From an uncultured delta proteobacterium (lineage in GTDB: Bacteria; Myxococcota_A; Polyangia; Fen-1088), in NCBI GenBank assembly GCA_963737265.1, contig CAVTRY010000023.1, positions 96,001 through 160,000 on the forward strand: 64,000 nt of DNA, read 5' to 3'. Numbering within the stretch: position 1 is the stretch's first letter; each line of letters begins with the position of its first letter. The position numbers and the translations under genes were made by a program. Under the pieces are notes generated by a model. It was given only the letters and a program-made list of their open reading frames with translations, was not told the origin of the DNA and ran no database searches. Positions 17,742 to 26,739 of this stretch are shown here, piece by piece.

Positions 17742-19093
17742 CGAAAGCGGCGGACGAGGGAGCGCACCTTGCGCGCAACCGCGGGGGAAAAGGTGCCGAC
17801 CGACGTCGCGATCAGATTCTCTGGACGCAAGACTGCGCTGGCCGCCTGCCCAATCCGAGCTGCGGTCACCTTGGCCATGCGTTGGTAGCGCTCGCGCGGA
17901 CTGCGCAGCGGCCGTCCGAAGAGCAAGCTGTCGCCAAACCAGGCGCACAGTCCCTCGACGTCGTCGAACCCGGCTTCGAGATCGCGGGCGTAGCGCCGCT
18001 TGGCCTTGTCGATCTCGTCCTGCGCAACCGGCTTGTCGCGCAACTCGGACAGGATGCCCAGAATTTCCCCGACCAGCTCGGGCAGCTTCTCCGAGGCGCA
18101 AGCAGCGGTGATCTCGACCAGCGAGGTGTCGCCGAGGGGATCGATGCCGGCGCTGACGTGGTACGCCAAGCCCTTGCGATCGCACACCCGGTAGTGCAGC
18201 GGTGTCGACATCCCGTCGTCGAGCACGCGCAAAAAAGCGATGAGCGCCGGGTACAGTGGGTGGTTGTCGGCGAGGGCGCGAAACAGGATCTGGACCTCGG
18301 CTTGGGCCGAGTCGGTCCGCACGCTGAGGAAGCCAGGACCAGGGATGGATTTCGGCGCAGGGCGCGGAACGCAGCGCTGTCCCGCCGGCAGTCCGCCGAA
18401 CGCCCGCTCGGCGGAAGCAAATACTTTGGCGTGCTCGACCGGACCGGCGACGCTCAAGACCAGGTTGCGGGCACCATGATAGCGACGGAAGTGGCCACGC
18501 ACGTCGGCCTGCGTGAACCGGCGGATGTTGCTTTCCGGGCCGGTGATGGGGAACCCGAGCGGATGGCGGGGCCACGCATGCTCGCGTCCCACATCGTCGA
18601 TATTGATTCGCTGGCCACTTTCGTCGAAGTCGTCGAGGATTTCCTCGAGCACGATGGCGCGTTCGAGATCGATGTCGGAAAAGAGCGGCGACGCGAACAG
18701 GTCACCCAGAATCTGCAGGGCATCGTCGATCTCGCGCGGATGCAGCGAGATCTGGTACAGCGAATAGTCGCGTCCGGTTTCCCCGCCCAGCATTCCGCAG
18801 CGATCCTCGATGGCGCGGTTGAGGGCCAAGGAGCTGGGAAAGCCCGCCGACCCACGGAAAAGCATGTGCTCGACGAAGTGAGAGAGCCCGTTGTTGGCGG
18901 CGGTCTCATAGCGCGAACCCGTTCGCACGTAGAGCGCGACCGCCGCGGCATGCAAGTGCGGGGTTGCGACCGTGACAACGGACAGGCCGTTCGCCAGGCG
19001 CGCGGTAGAAACGCGCGCTGGAAACGGGATCAGATCCGCCCGCGCTCTGTCGCGTCGGGAATTCTCGCGCCGGGCGTTGGCCTTGGACTGCAT
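17738..19093 (-). CDS. M16 (pitrilysin) family zinc peptidase
   Basis: GLSHFVEHMLFRGS inverted zinc motif, ERAIVLEE, HPLGFPITG; start uncertain. Confidence 0.9.
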   Translation of the reverse strand: MQSKANARRENSRRDRARADLIPFPARVSTARLANGLSVVTVATPHLHAAAVALYVRTGSRYETAANNGLSHFVEHMLFRGSAGFPSSLALNRAIEDRCGMLGGETGRDYSLYQISLHPREIDDALQILGDLFASPLFSDIDLERAIVLEEILDDFDESGQRINIDDVGREHAWPRHPLGFPITGPESNIRRFTQADVRGHFRRYHGARNLVLSVAGPVEHAKVFASAERAFGGLPAGQRCVPRPAPKSIPGPGFLSVRTDSAQAEVQILFRALADNHPLYPALIAFLRVLDDGMSTPLHYRVCDRKGLAYHVSAGIDPLGDTSLVEITAACASEKLPELVGEILGILSELRDKPVAQDEIDKAKRRYARDLEAGFDDVEGLCAWFGDSLLFGRPLRSPRERYQRMAKVTAARIGQAASAVLRPENLIATSVGTFSPAVARKVRSLVRRFR

Positions 19094-19393
19094 CGCTTTC
19101 CCGCAATAGTACACGCAGCACCCGCGAAAAGCCGGACGCGCGAGCCAGGAAGGCGATCTTTGAGTGCCCCGGGCACGAGGCCGGCCCGCGGCTGGCGGGT
19201 CGCGTGAGCGAGGGATCGGGTAGCGTGTTCGTGCTCTCCGCGGGGGCGGATGTCGTGGGCGCTACGGATGGAACGGGTCTTCTAGCCCCAGATTTGCTGT
19301 CTCCTTCTTCCCGGTCGGGCATCGAAGAATGTACCCGCAGCTTGGGTTCGGAGGAGTCATGCTCGACAAGGTTCAGCACGTCGTCGTCCTGAT

Positions 19394-20698
19394 GTGAAGA
19401 AGAAGCTCACGCTGGCTCCTCTCGTGGCCGCGACCTACTTCATGGTGGCGGGGGGACCGTACGGTCTTGAGGAGCTCTTGCACAAGAGTGGCTACCTGGC
19501 CGCCATCGTCATCCTGCTGCTCGTGCCCCTGCTGTGGAGCCTGCCCACCGCTCTCATGGTAGGAGAGCTGGCCAGCGCCATGCCCGAGGAGGGTGGTTAC
19601 TACGTGTGGGTCAAGCGCGCGCTGGGTCCGTTCTGGGGATTCGAGGAGGCCTGGCTTTCCATGTGCGCGAGCGTGTTCGATATGGCGATCTACCCCACCC
19701 TCTTCGTTCTGTATCTCGGCCGGCTGTGGCCTGCGGTGGCCGGCGGTCCCTCGGCTTTGGCCATTGGGGTGGGCGTGGTCGTCACCTGCGCCGCCATGAA
19801 CCTGCGTGGTGCCCGCGCCGTGGGCGGAGCCTCCGAATTGCTGTCCGTGCTGCTACTTGGGCCCTTCGTGGTCTTTTGCGCCCTTGCCTGGCTCGGTCCA
19901 ACCCAGGCGACCTCGGTTCGCCTGAATGCGGGCCGTGTCGACTTCGTGGGCGGCCTGCTCGTCGCCATGTGGAACTTCATGGGTTGGGACAACGCCTCGA
20001 CCGTGGCGGGAGAGGTGGAGCGTCCGCAGCGAAACTACCCACGGGCCATGTTGGCGACCACCGCGCTGGTCGTGCTGTCCTATCTCGTCCCCGTGGCCGC
20101 TGCCACACGCACCGGCCTTGCGCCCGAGGCATGGACCACGGGTTCATGGGTGGACGCGGGAAGGCTCTTGGGCGGTGGGCCGCTGGCGCTGGCCATCGCG
20201 GTGGGCGGCATGGTGTGCGGTCTCGGCATGATGGACGCGCTCGTCATGTCCTACTCGCGCCTGCCCATGGTGATGGCGCGGGAAGGGTACCTGCCGCGCA
20301 TCTTTGCACGCCAGATCCCCGGCACCGGGGCGCCCTGGGTGTCCATCGTCGGGTTGTCCGTTGCGTGGTCCTTGGCCTTGAGCCTGGGCATCGAACGACT
20401 CGTCGAGCTCGACGTCATCCTCTACGGTCTCGCACTCCTGCTCGAATTCGCTGCCCTGTTGGCTTTGCGCTTGCGCGCGCCTGACCTGCCCAGGCCCTTC
20501 CGTGTGCCCGGAGGAATACCCGTGGCCGCGCTCCTTGGCGTGGGGCCGACCGTGCTCCTCGCCCTCGCGCTCGCGCACGAGCAGAAGGACCACCCCGACC
20601 AGATTGGCGCAGTGATGCTTGGCGTGGGCCTGGCCTGCGCGGGTCCGTTGGTCTACGCCGTGGCGGCCCGGCACCGCCGGCGTGCGCGGCATGGGTAG
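19394..20698 (+). CDS. APC family amino acid/polyamine permease
   Basis: VAGGPYGLE, GELASAMPEEGGYYVWV, GWDNASTVAGEV, RPFRVP; about 12 TM. Confidence 0.92.
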   Translation: MKKKLTLAPLVAATYFMVAGGPYGLEELLHKSGYLAAIVILLLVPLLWSLPTALMVGELASAMPEEGGYYVWVKRALGPFWGFEEAWLSMCASVFDMAIYPTLFVLYLGRLWPAVAGGPSALAIGVGVVVTCAAMNLRGARAVGGASELLSVLLLGPFVVFCALAWLGPTQATSVRLNAGRVDFVGGLLVAMWNFMGWDNASTVAGEVERPQRNYPRAMLATTALVVLSYLVPVAAATRTGLAPEAWTTGSWVDAGRLLGGGPLALAIAVGGMVCGLGMMDALVMSYSRLPMVMAREGYLPRIFARQIPGTGAPWVSIVGLSVAWSLALSLGIERLVELDVILYGLALLLEFAALLALRLRAPDLPRPFRVPGGIPVAALLGVGPTVLLALALAHEQKDHPDQIGAVMLGVGLACAGPLVYAVAARHRRRARHG

Positions 20699-20733
20699 AA
20701 GGTTGTCGGGAAATTGCGTGCCGCCCGCAGGGC

Positions 20734-20823
20734 CAAACCCGATACCTCGACCACGTCGTGCCCGCTTGTTCGCAGCCGCTCCGCCAACCGGTGACCGGCG
20801 CAACGATCGACGAGGAATCTCAC
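20734..20823 (-). pseudogene. 5' fragment of a DUF5615 (PIN-like) toxin
   Basis: GTG overlapping the upstream TGA; MRFLVDRCAGHRLAERLRTSGHDVVEV, after which similarity ends. Confidence 0.75.
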
Positions 20824-21242
20824 TTGGCGACTTGGACCGCATCAAGGGAATCGTCGGCGAGGACGGCGTGCGCATAGGCTAAACATGCCCGGATGTCCTC
20901 GGGCTCTAGGCTCGGGTAGTCGGCCAGAATAGCCTCCGCCGTTTCACCCTGGGCCAGAGCCACGTAGTCCCTCCTGTGGCAACTCTCATGAAAACCCAGA
21001 GTACTGTCGCCGTTGCGAATATCATCAAGCGTCGTACCTCGTCCATAGCCGGACAGCTGTTCGGGCCGGGACCCACTGGGGTAGGTCGTCTTTATCGTGA
21101 TGGTGTCATGCCAGGCGACGTTGCCTATGAACTTGACGATTTTGTGGTGGGTGTCGGCCTGGTATTGGACCCGCACGCGCGACATCATCGAACCGGCACG
21201 GCGCAGCCACGCCGAGCAATAGACGTCCGAATCCCACGGCAT
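20820..21242 (-). pseudogene. Chimeric remnant: HExxH-containing fragment fused to the C-terminal half of a DUF433 antitoxin
   Basis: YGRGTT...TLGFHESCHRRDY joined in frame to LAQGETAEAILADYPSLEPEDIRACLAYA. Confidence 0.65.
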
Positions 21243-21335
21243 AGACGTCCATGGCCTTGTCGTGGCCGGAGTCCACGCGAATGCTGACCAGGGAGCTGAC
21301 CAATCTGGCCATCGGTCGTGTTAAAAGGCAGCGCC

Positions 21336-22172
21336 GTGGCAATTCCCAGCAGCGCCGCACGTTTGGTCGTTACCGCCGACGGATTTGGCATGACCGCCGC
21401 GCGCGGCCGCGGGGTGCTCGCGGCGCACCGGCGCGGCATCGTGACCGGTACTTCTATGCTCGGGAACGCCGCCGATGCGGAACAGGTCGCGAGCGATTTG
21501 CGTGAAGCGCCAGAGCTTGGCGTGGGCGTGCTGCTGACCCTGGTGGACGGCCTGCCGGTGACCAGACCCGAAACCGTGCCGTCGCTGGTCGGACCAAACG
21601 GCGAATTTCCGGCTCGCCCACACGACGTTCTCTTGGCATGGGCCAAGGCGACACTTCGGCCGGACGACATCGAACGGGAATTCGACGCCCAGGTGGCTCG
21701 CCTGCGCGACCTCGGCCTCGCCATCGACCATTTGAGCACGCGGGCGCACCTCGGTTTCTTGCCCATCGTCGCCCACGCGGTGGAAAACGTGGCGCGAAAA
21801 CACGGCATCGCCGGGCTACGGATGACAGTCGAGAAACCGACCGTGGCGTGGGCCGCCGAGCTCCCGCGCGGGCTTGCCACGACCGCGCTCGGCGCGCTGG
21901 CCTGGTTCACCCGGCGCGAGCTTGGGCCGCGTCGCCACGGCCCACAAACCTGGGGCTATTTCGAAAGCGGCCGCCTCGACGAGATTCGCATTCTGGAAAT
22001 CCTCGGCCGCATGGGCCCCGGCATCCACGAAATCATCTGTCAGCCCGATCTCGATCCCGCGTTGCAAATCGCGCCGCCACGCAGTGAGGTGTCGGCCCTA
22101 ATGTCTGCCCGCGTACGCGAGGCCATCACTCGCCGCAACATCGAGCTCTGTCGCTGGTCGGATCTGTTTTGA
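21336..22172 (+). CDS. ChbG/HpnK/YdjC family protein with a degenerate active site
   Basis: LVVTADGFG, GIVTGTSML, VPSLVG, EFDAQV, EIICQP; alternative start 21318. Confidence 0.85.
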   Translation: MAIPSSAARLVVTADGFGMTAARGRGVLAAHRRGIVTGTSMLGNAADAEQVASDLREAPELGVGVLLTLVDGLPVTRPETVPSLVGPNGEFPARPHDVLLAWAKATLRPDDIEREFDAQVARLRDLGLAIDHLSTRAHLGFLPIVAHAVENVARKHGIAGLRMTVEKPTVAWAAELPRGLATTALGALAWFTRRELGPRRHGPQTWGYFESGRLDEIRILEILGRMGPGIHEIICQPDLDPALQIAPPRSEVSALMSARVREAITRRNIELCRWSDLF

Positions 22173-22225
22173 CCCCTGACAAAGCCTCTCGCGTCTCTGC
22201 CGCGCTGACCGCATAATCGTTCCGG

Positions 22226-22960
22226 ATGGACCGGCAGCCAGACCTTCACGCAACGCAGACCTACTACGATCGATTCGCAACCAGCTACGAGCGCGAACGC
22301 CATCGCGGCTATCACCGTCTCATCGACGAGCTCGAGCTTGGGCTTGTCCGCCGCTACGGGACCGGTCGCGACATTCTGGAAGCCGGCTGCGGCACTGGGC
22401 TTCTGCTCGCCGAGGCAGCTCGCGTGGGCCGTTCGGCCCTCGGCATCGACCTCTCTTCGGGTATGTTGGCGCGAGCGCGCGATCGCGGGCTGCGCGTCGT
22501 TCAGGGATCTCTCACGCAAGTGCCCCTGCCCGATGCGAGCGTGGATCTGGTGTACAGCATGAAAGTGCTTGCTCACGTTCCGCCGATTCGTGAGGCGCTG
22601 GTCGAGCTTGCCCGCGTGACCCGACCGGGCGGACACCTGTTGCTCGAATTCTACAATCCGCGCTCGCTGCGCTACTTGGCCAAGCTCCTCGGCGGCGCCG
22701 CCCCGATTGCGGAGGGCACCACGGATCGCGACGTTTTCACCCGCTACGACACGCTGGCGACGGCGCGCGGCTATCTGCCGCCTTCATTGGAATACGTGGG
22801 CATGCGCGGCGTGCGGGTGGTGACGCCTACCTCCAGCGTTTTTAAGCTGCCGGTGCTGGCGAGCCTCTTCGAGCGCGCCGAACGCGTCGCCTGCGACCTG
22901 CCGTTTGTGCGCGACTTCGGCGGGTTTCTCATCGTCGTCGCGCGCAAAAGGACGCCATGA
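22226..22960 (+). CDS. Class I SAM-dependent methyltransferase
   Basis: ILEAGCGTG, GIDLSSGML, RVTRPGG. Confidence 0.9.
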   Translation: MDRQPDLHATQTYYDRFATSYERERHRGYHRLIDELELGLVRRYGTGRDILEAGCGTGLLLAEAARVGRSALGIDLSSGMLARARDRGLRVVQGSLTQVPLPDASVDLVYSMKVLAHVPPIREALVELARVTRPGGHLLLEFYNPRSLRYLAKLLGGAAPIAEGTTDRDVFTRYDTLATARGYLPPSLEYVGMRGVRVVTPTSSVFKLPVLASLFERAERVACDLPFVRDFGGFLIVVARKRTP

Positions 22961-24390
22961 CCACGCACGCTGGCGACATCCTCATCGTCGACGACGAGCG
23001 CTCGATGCGCGAGTTCCTGGGGATCTACCTACGCCGCGAAGGCTATCGCATCGAGACCGCGCCGGGAGGCAACGAGGCCATCGCCACCCTCAAGACGCGC
23101 GCCTTCGACGTGATCATTACCGACCTGCGCATGCCGGACGTGGATGGGCTGACGATTCTTGCCGAGGCCAAACGCCTGCATCCCGACACCGAGGTCATCG
23201 TGGTGACGGCGTTTTCCACCACCGAGACCGCGATTGCCGCCATGAAAGCCGGCGCGCACGACTACCTGACCAAGCCGTTCAAGATCGACGAGGTCGGCTT
23301 GGTCGTCGATCGGGCCGTGGAAAAGCGCCGTTTGGCGCGCGAGAACGTGGCCCTTCGCGACGAGATCAAGGGTCGCTACAAACTAGAACGACTGCTCGGC
23401 AAGTCGCCGCCCATGCAGCGGCTGTTCGACATCCTGCGCAAGATCGCATCCACGCGCACCAGCGTGTTGCTCATCGGCGAATCCGGCACCGGCAAAGAGC
23501 TGGCAGCACGCGCCCTGCACGAATTGTCGCAGCGATCGGATCGCCCGTTCGTGCCCGTCAACTGCGGTGCCATCCCGGAATCCTTGATCGAATCCGAATT
23601 GTTCGGTCATGTCCGCGGCGCCTTCACCGGAGCCAACGCCGACAAGCAGGGCCTGTTCGAAGCCGCACACAACGGCACCCTGCTGCTCGATGAGGTTGCC
23701 GAGCTGCCCGTCGCCATGCAGGTCAAGCTGTTGCGCGTCCTCCAAGAGCGCAAAGTGAAGCCTGTGGGCGGCGTGGCGGAGCGCGAAGTCGACGTGCGTA
23801 TCGTGGCCGCGACCAATCGCGATTTGGAAACCGAGGTTGAGAAAGGCACGTTTCGCCAGGATCTCTTCTATCGCCTGAACGTCATCCAACTGCGTATGCC
23901 GCCTCTGCGCGAGCGGCGCGAGGATCTCCCCCTGCTCGTCGACCACTTCGTGCGCAAGTTTTCTGCCGAGCACGAGCGCAACGTCGTGCGCGCCGAGCCT
24001 GAGGTGATGTCCGCGCTCATGTCGTATCACTTCCCGGGAAACGTGCGCGAGCTGGAGAACATGATCGAACGCGCGGTCACGCTCGCCACCACCGACCGGC
24101 TGGCGCTCGACGCATTTCCCAACCTCGTCGGGCTGCCATCGGCCCATGCGGGAGCGGATGCGGTCGGCAATCTTCCCGAGGACGGCCTCGATCTCGAACG
24201 CCACCTGGAGGAGTACGAACGCGGCATCATCATCAAGGCACTCGAACGAACCGGCGGCAATCGCACCCTGGCGGCGCGTCTGCTCCACGTCTCGTTCCGA
24301 TCCATCCGATATCGTTTGTCGAAACTGGGTATCACCGGCATCGATACCGGTGTCGAATTGGTGGATCACCCTCCCTTGCCGGAGCCATAG
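22957..24390 (+). CDS. Sigma-54-dependent response regulator (NtrC/PilR-like)
   Basis: REC domain (VDDE, DLRMP, KPF), GESGTGKE, GAFTGA, PGNVRELEN, C-terminal HTH. Confidence 0.95.
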   Translation: MTTHAGDILIVDDERSMREFLGIYLRREGYRIETAPGGNEAIATLKTRAFDVIITDLRMPDVDGLTILAEAKRLHPDTEVIVVTAFSTTETAIAAMKAGAHDYLTKPFKIDEVGLVVDRAVEKRRLARENVALRDEIKGRYKLERLLGKSPPMQRLFDILRKIASTRTSVLLIGESGTGKELAARALHELSQRSDRPFVPVNCGAIPESLIESELFGHVRGAFTGANADKQGLFEAAHNGTLLLDEVAELPVAMQVKLLRVLQERKVKPVGGVAEREVDVRIVAATNRDLETEVEKGTFRQDLFYRLNVIQLRMPPLRERREDLPLLVDHFVRKFSAEHERNVVRAEPEVMSALMSYHFPGNVRELENMIERAVTLATTDRLALDAFPNLVGLPSAHAGADAVGNLPEDGLDLERHLEEYERGIIIKALERTGGNRTLAARLLHVSFRSIRYRLSKLGITGIDTGVELVDHPPLPEP

Positions 24391-24396
24391 GTATCC

Positions 24397-25311
24397 GTGG
24401 TTTTCCCGGCGGCGAACGGCCCACCCGCACCGCGACACCGAGCTCTGCTTGGCATCGTCCTCGGGGCAGCCCTTGTGGCGATGATGACTGTCTCGCTCTT
24501 TTGTTTGGCGCGGGCCAATCGCCTGCGCGACACGTGGCCCGCCGAGGCCGATACCTTTTACCTTCCCCCGGCGACGGCCCTGCGGGTCGCCAGCCTCGGC
24601 CACACCGAACTGTTCGCGGACTTGGTTCACGCCCGCGCGAACATTTACTTCGGCACGCAGATGCATGCGCGCGTGCCGACGAAATGGTTGGCAAGCTACC
24701 TGAACGCGGCGATGGATCTCGATCCAAAATTCGAGCGACTCTATCTTTCCGGCGCCGCCATGCTCATCTACAACGGCCAGAAGATTTCCCCCGAGACGGT
24801 GTTGGCCGCCATCGACGTGCTGGAGCGTGGACGCAAGGCCTTCCCCTTCGAGTGGGAGTTTCCGTTCCAAATCGGTTTCAATCTGCTGTTCGAGCTTCCG
24901 CAGGACGCGAGTGAAGACGATCCGCGCGTGCCCGGCTGGCGGCAAAAAGGCGTCGAAGTCCTGCGCCAGGCCGCCCTCTACGAGGGCATTCCCTATTTCG
25001 TTCCCAATCTCGTCGCACGCATGCTGACCAAGGATGGCGCCGACGATCTGGCGATTCGCCACCTCGAACAGGCCTACGCCGTCGCCAGCAATGTGGAGGC
25101 ACGAGCGCAAATTCGCAACAAGCTGATGGCGCTGCGCGGGCAGCAGTTTTCCGCTCAATTGGAAGACAATCTTCGATCGTTCAACAACATGCTCGCCGAG
25201 CGTTTCACCTACGCCCCGGAAGCCTTCTCCATCGTGGCGGGTCCCCGCACCACCGCGCGTGGAATCGTCGCACTGCCGGGAGAATCCACGCCGGACTTGA
25301 AAGCCCCATGA
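24397..25311 (+). CDS. Membrane-anchored helical/TPR-like protein (tentatively like myxobacterial PilG or Geobacter XapA)
   Basis: N-terminal TM; ADL...IYFG, DLDPKF..LY, LERG..FP..W.FP..IGF motifs. Family assignment is from recall only. Confidence 0.6.
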   Translation: MVFPAANGPPAPRHRALLGIVLGAALVAMMTVSLFCLARANRLRDTWPAEADTFYLPPATALRVASLGHTELFADLVHARANIYFGTQMHARVPTKWLASYLNAAMDLDPKFERLYLSGAAMLIYNGQKISPETVLAAIDVLERGRKAFPFEWEFPFQIGFNLLFELPQDASEDDPRVPGWRQKGVEVLRQAALYEGIPYFVPNLVARMLTKDGADDLAIRHLEQAYAVASNVEARAQIRNKLMALRGQQFSAQLEDNLRSFNNMLAERFTYAPEAFSIVAGPRTTARGIVALPGESTPDLKAP

Positions 25312-25943
25312 AGTTGACGCTCCCGCCCCGGGAAACCCTCACGCCGAACAACGAATACGATCCGCTGCCCTACTATTATCGGCCGCTCACCGGCTGGCTC
25401 TACCGCAAGCGCCTTCAGATGGGACTCGATCTGTTGCCCGGCAGCGGAGCGAGGATTCTTGAGGTTGGCGTAGGAAGCGGGATCCTGGTTTCCACGCTGT
25501 CCGCGCATTTTCGCGAGTACATGGGGACAGACTTGGTCTTGGCCGCCGGGCTCGAACGCCTCGCCGCGCCCGAGTGCCATAGCGAATTTCTCAGCGCCGA
25601 TCTCTTGCAGGAGGGAAGTCTGCCCGCGAGCAGCTTCGACGCCGTGGTTTGCCTGTCCGTGCTTGAGCACATCGCGGACGCCGGGGGTGCGGCCCGCGCC
25701 CTTGCCCGCGCCCTGAGCAAGGGCGGGACCCTGGTCGCCGGCTACCCGATGGTCAATGGTTTCATGGCTAAGCTATTTCGCGCCATCGGGTTTGGCGACA
25801 TCGAAGCCCACCACATCACGGCACCCGCCACCATCGACAAGGCCCTGCGGCGCGTGCTCCGCCCGGTTCGGCGAAAAGCCCTGCCGCCCTGCGCGCCCGT
25901 GCCGCTGGCGCTCTATCAGTGCACGTCGTGGGTGAAGGACTAG
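25308..25943 (+). CDS. Class I SAM-dependent methyltransferase
   Basis: ILEVGVGSG, FDAVVCLSVLEHI; ATGA overlap with the upstream gene. Confidence 0.88.
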   Translation: MKLTLPPRETLTPNNEYDPLPYYYRPLTGWLYRKRLQMGLDLLPGSGARILEVGVGSGILVSTLSAHFREYMGTDLVLAAGLERLAAPECHSEFLSADLLQEGSLPASSFDAVVCLSVLEHIADAGGAARALARALSKGGTLVAGYPMVNGFMAKLFRAIGFGDIEAHHITAPATIDKALRRVLRPVRRKALPPCAPVPLALYQCTSWVKD

Positions 25944-25944
25944 A

Positions 25945-26739
25945 CTAGGTTCGCTCAACGACAACCAACACGCGGAAACCTAACCAACGAAATACGGCGC
26001 GCGGAAGGCGATTTTCGACCGCCAATAGCGCCCGCCAAAGTGACATCGGCAATAAGGGTGATCGCGAAAAACCACCACTGGCGGGATACGCGAAGCCGGC
26101 AAAGCGCTCGATGCTCGTGACCGTAAGGTGCGGAAATAGTCGCGCGAATTCAGGGCCGCCGTCGCGGGCGAAAATCAGCGTCGGCGTGGCTTGGTTGGAT
26201 GCGAAGGGATCCTTCACATTCGCGCTCGCATGCACGACCGCGCTGGCCAAGAGTCCGGCCGTCATGTCCACGGGTTCTTCGTGAAAGAGGCGATAGACCC
26301 AATACGACACCGGGCTGATGTAGGGCTCGCACAGCAGGATGCGACCACCCAGCCGAAGCACGCGCGCGGCTTCGGCGAAGAACGTCGTGGAATCGGCCAG
26401 GTGGTGGAGCACGTCGAAGAGCACCAGCGCCCCCACTTCGCCGTCGCCGAAGGGAAGCGTCTCGGCCGAGACGCGGCGGTCGTGCCACGGCGCCTGCACC
26501 ACGTCGGTGAGGATCAGATCGGGAATGAACTCGCGCGCGAAACCTGGACCCGAGCCGATTTCGATCCACGGGCCGAGGTCGCGCACGGGCAAGTGCTCGC
26601 GCAGGCGCTGGTACCAGGCGCTGTAGAGCGTGCGCAAAGGCTCGTTGGAACGCCAGGCGCGGCGGTGATCCTCGAAGCGCGCCAGGGTTCGTGCGCGCAC
26701 ATCCGCTGGCAGCGGGGGCACGTCGGGCGGATCAGACAT
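25945..26739 (-). CDS. Class I SAM-dependent methyltransferase
   Basis: IEIGSGPGF, FDVLHHL, EAARVL..GG. Confidence 0.88.
   Translation of the reverse strand: MSDPPDVPPLPADVRARTLARFEDHRRAWRSNEPLRTLYSAWYQRLREHLPVRDLGPWIEIGSGPGFAREFIPDLILTDVVQAPWHDRRVSAETLPFGDGEVGALVLFDVLHHLADSTTFFAEAARVLRLGGRILLCEPYISPVSYWVYRLFHEEPVDMTAGLLASAVVHASANVKDPFASNQATPTLIFARDGGPEFARLFPHLTVTSIERFAGFAYPASGGFSRSPLLPMSLWRALLAVENRLPRAVFRWLGFRVLVVVERT

Noticed and set aside
17255-19207. Long 650-aa + strand ORF (similarly 23383-25158, 28075-30030, 48579-49997, 62103-63956)
   Set aside because: Shadow or alternate frames of recognisable genes, as expected in high-GC DNA
19115-19393. Low-complexity ORF between the M16 peptidase and the permease
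   Set aside because: No family resemblance, and it overlaps the peptidase 5' region
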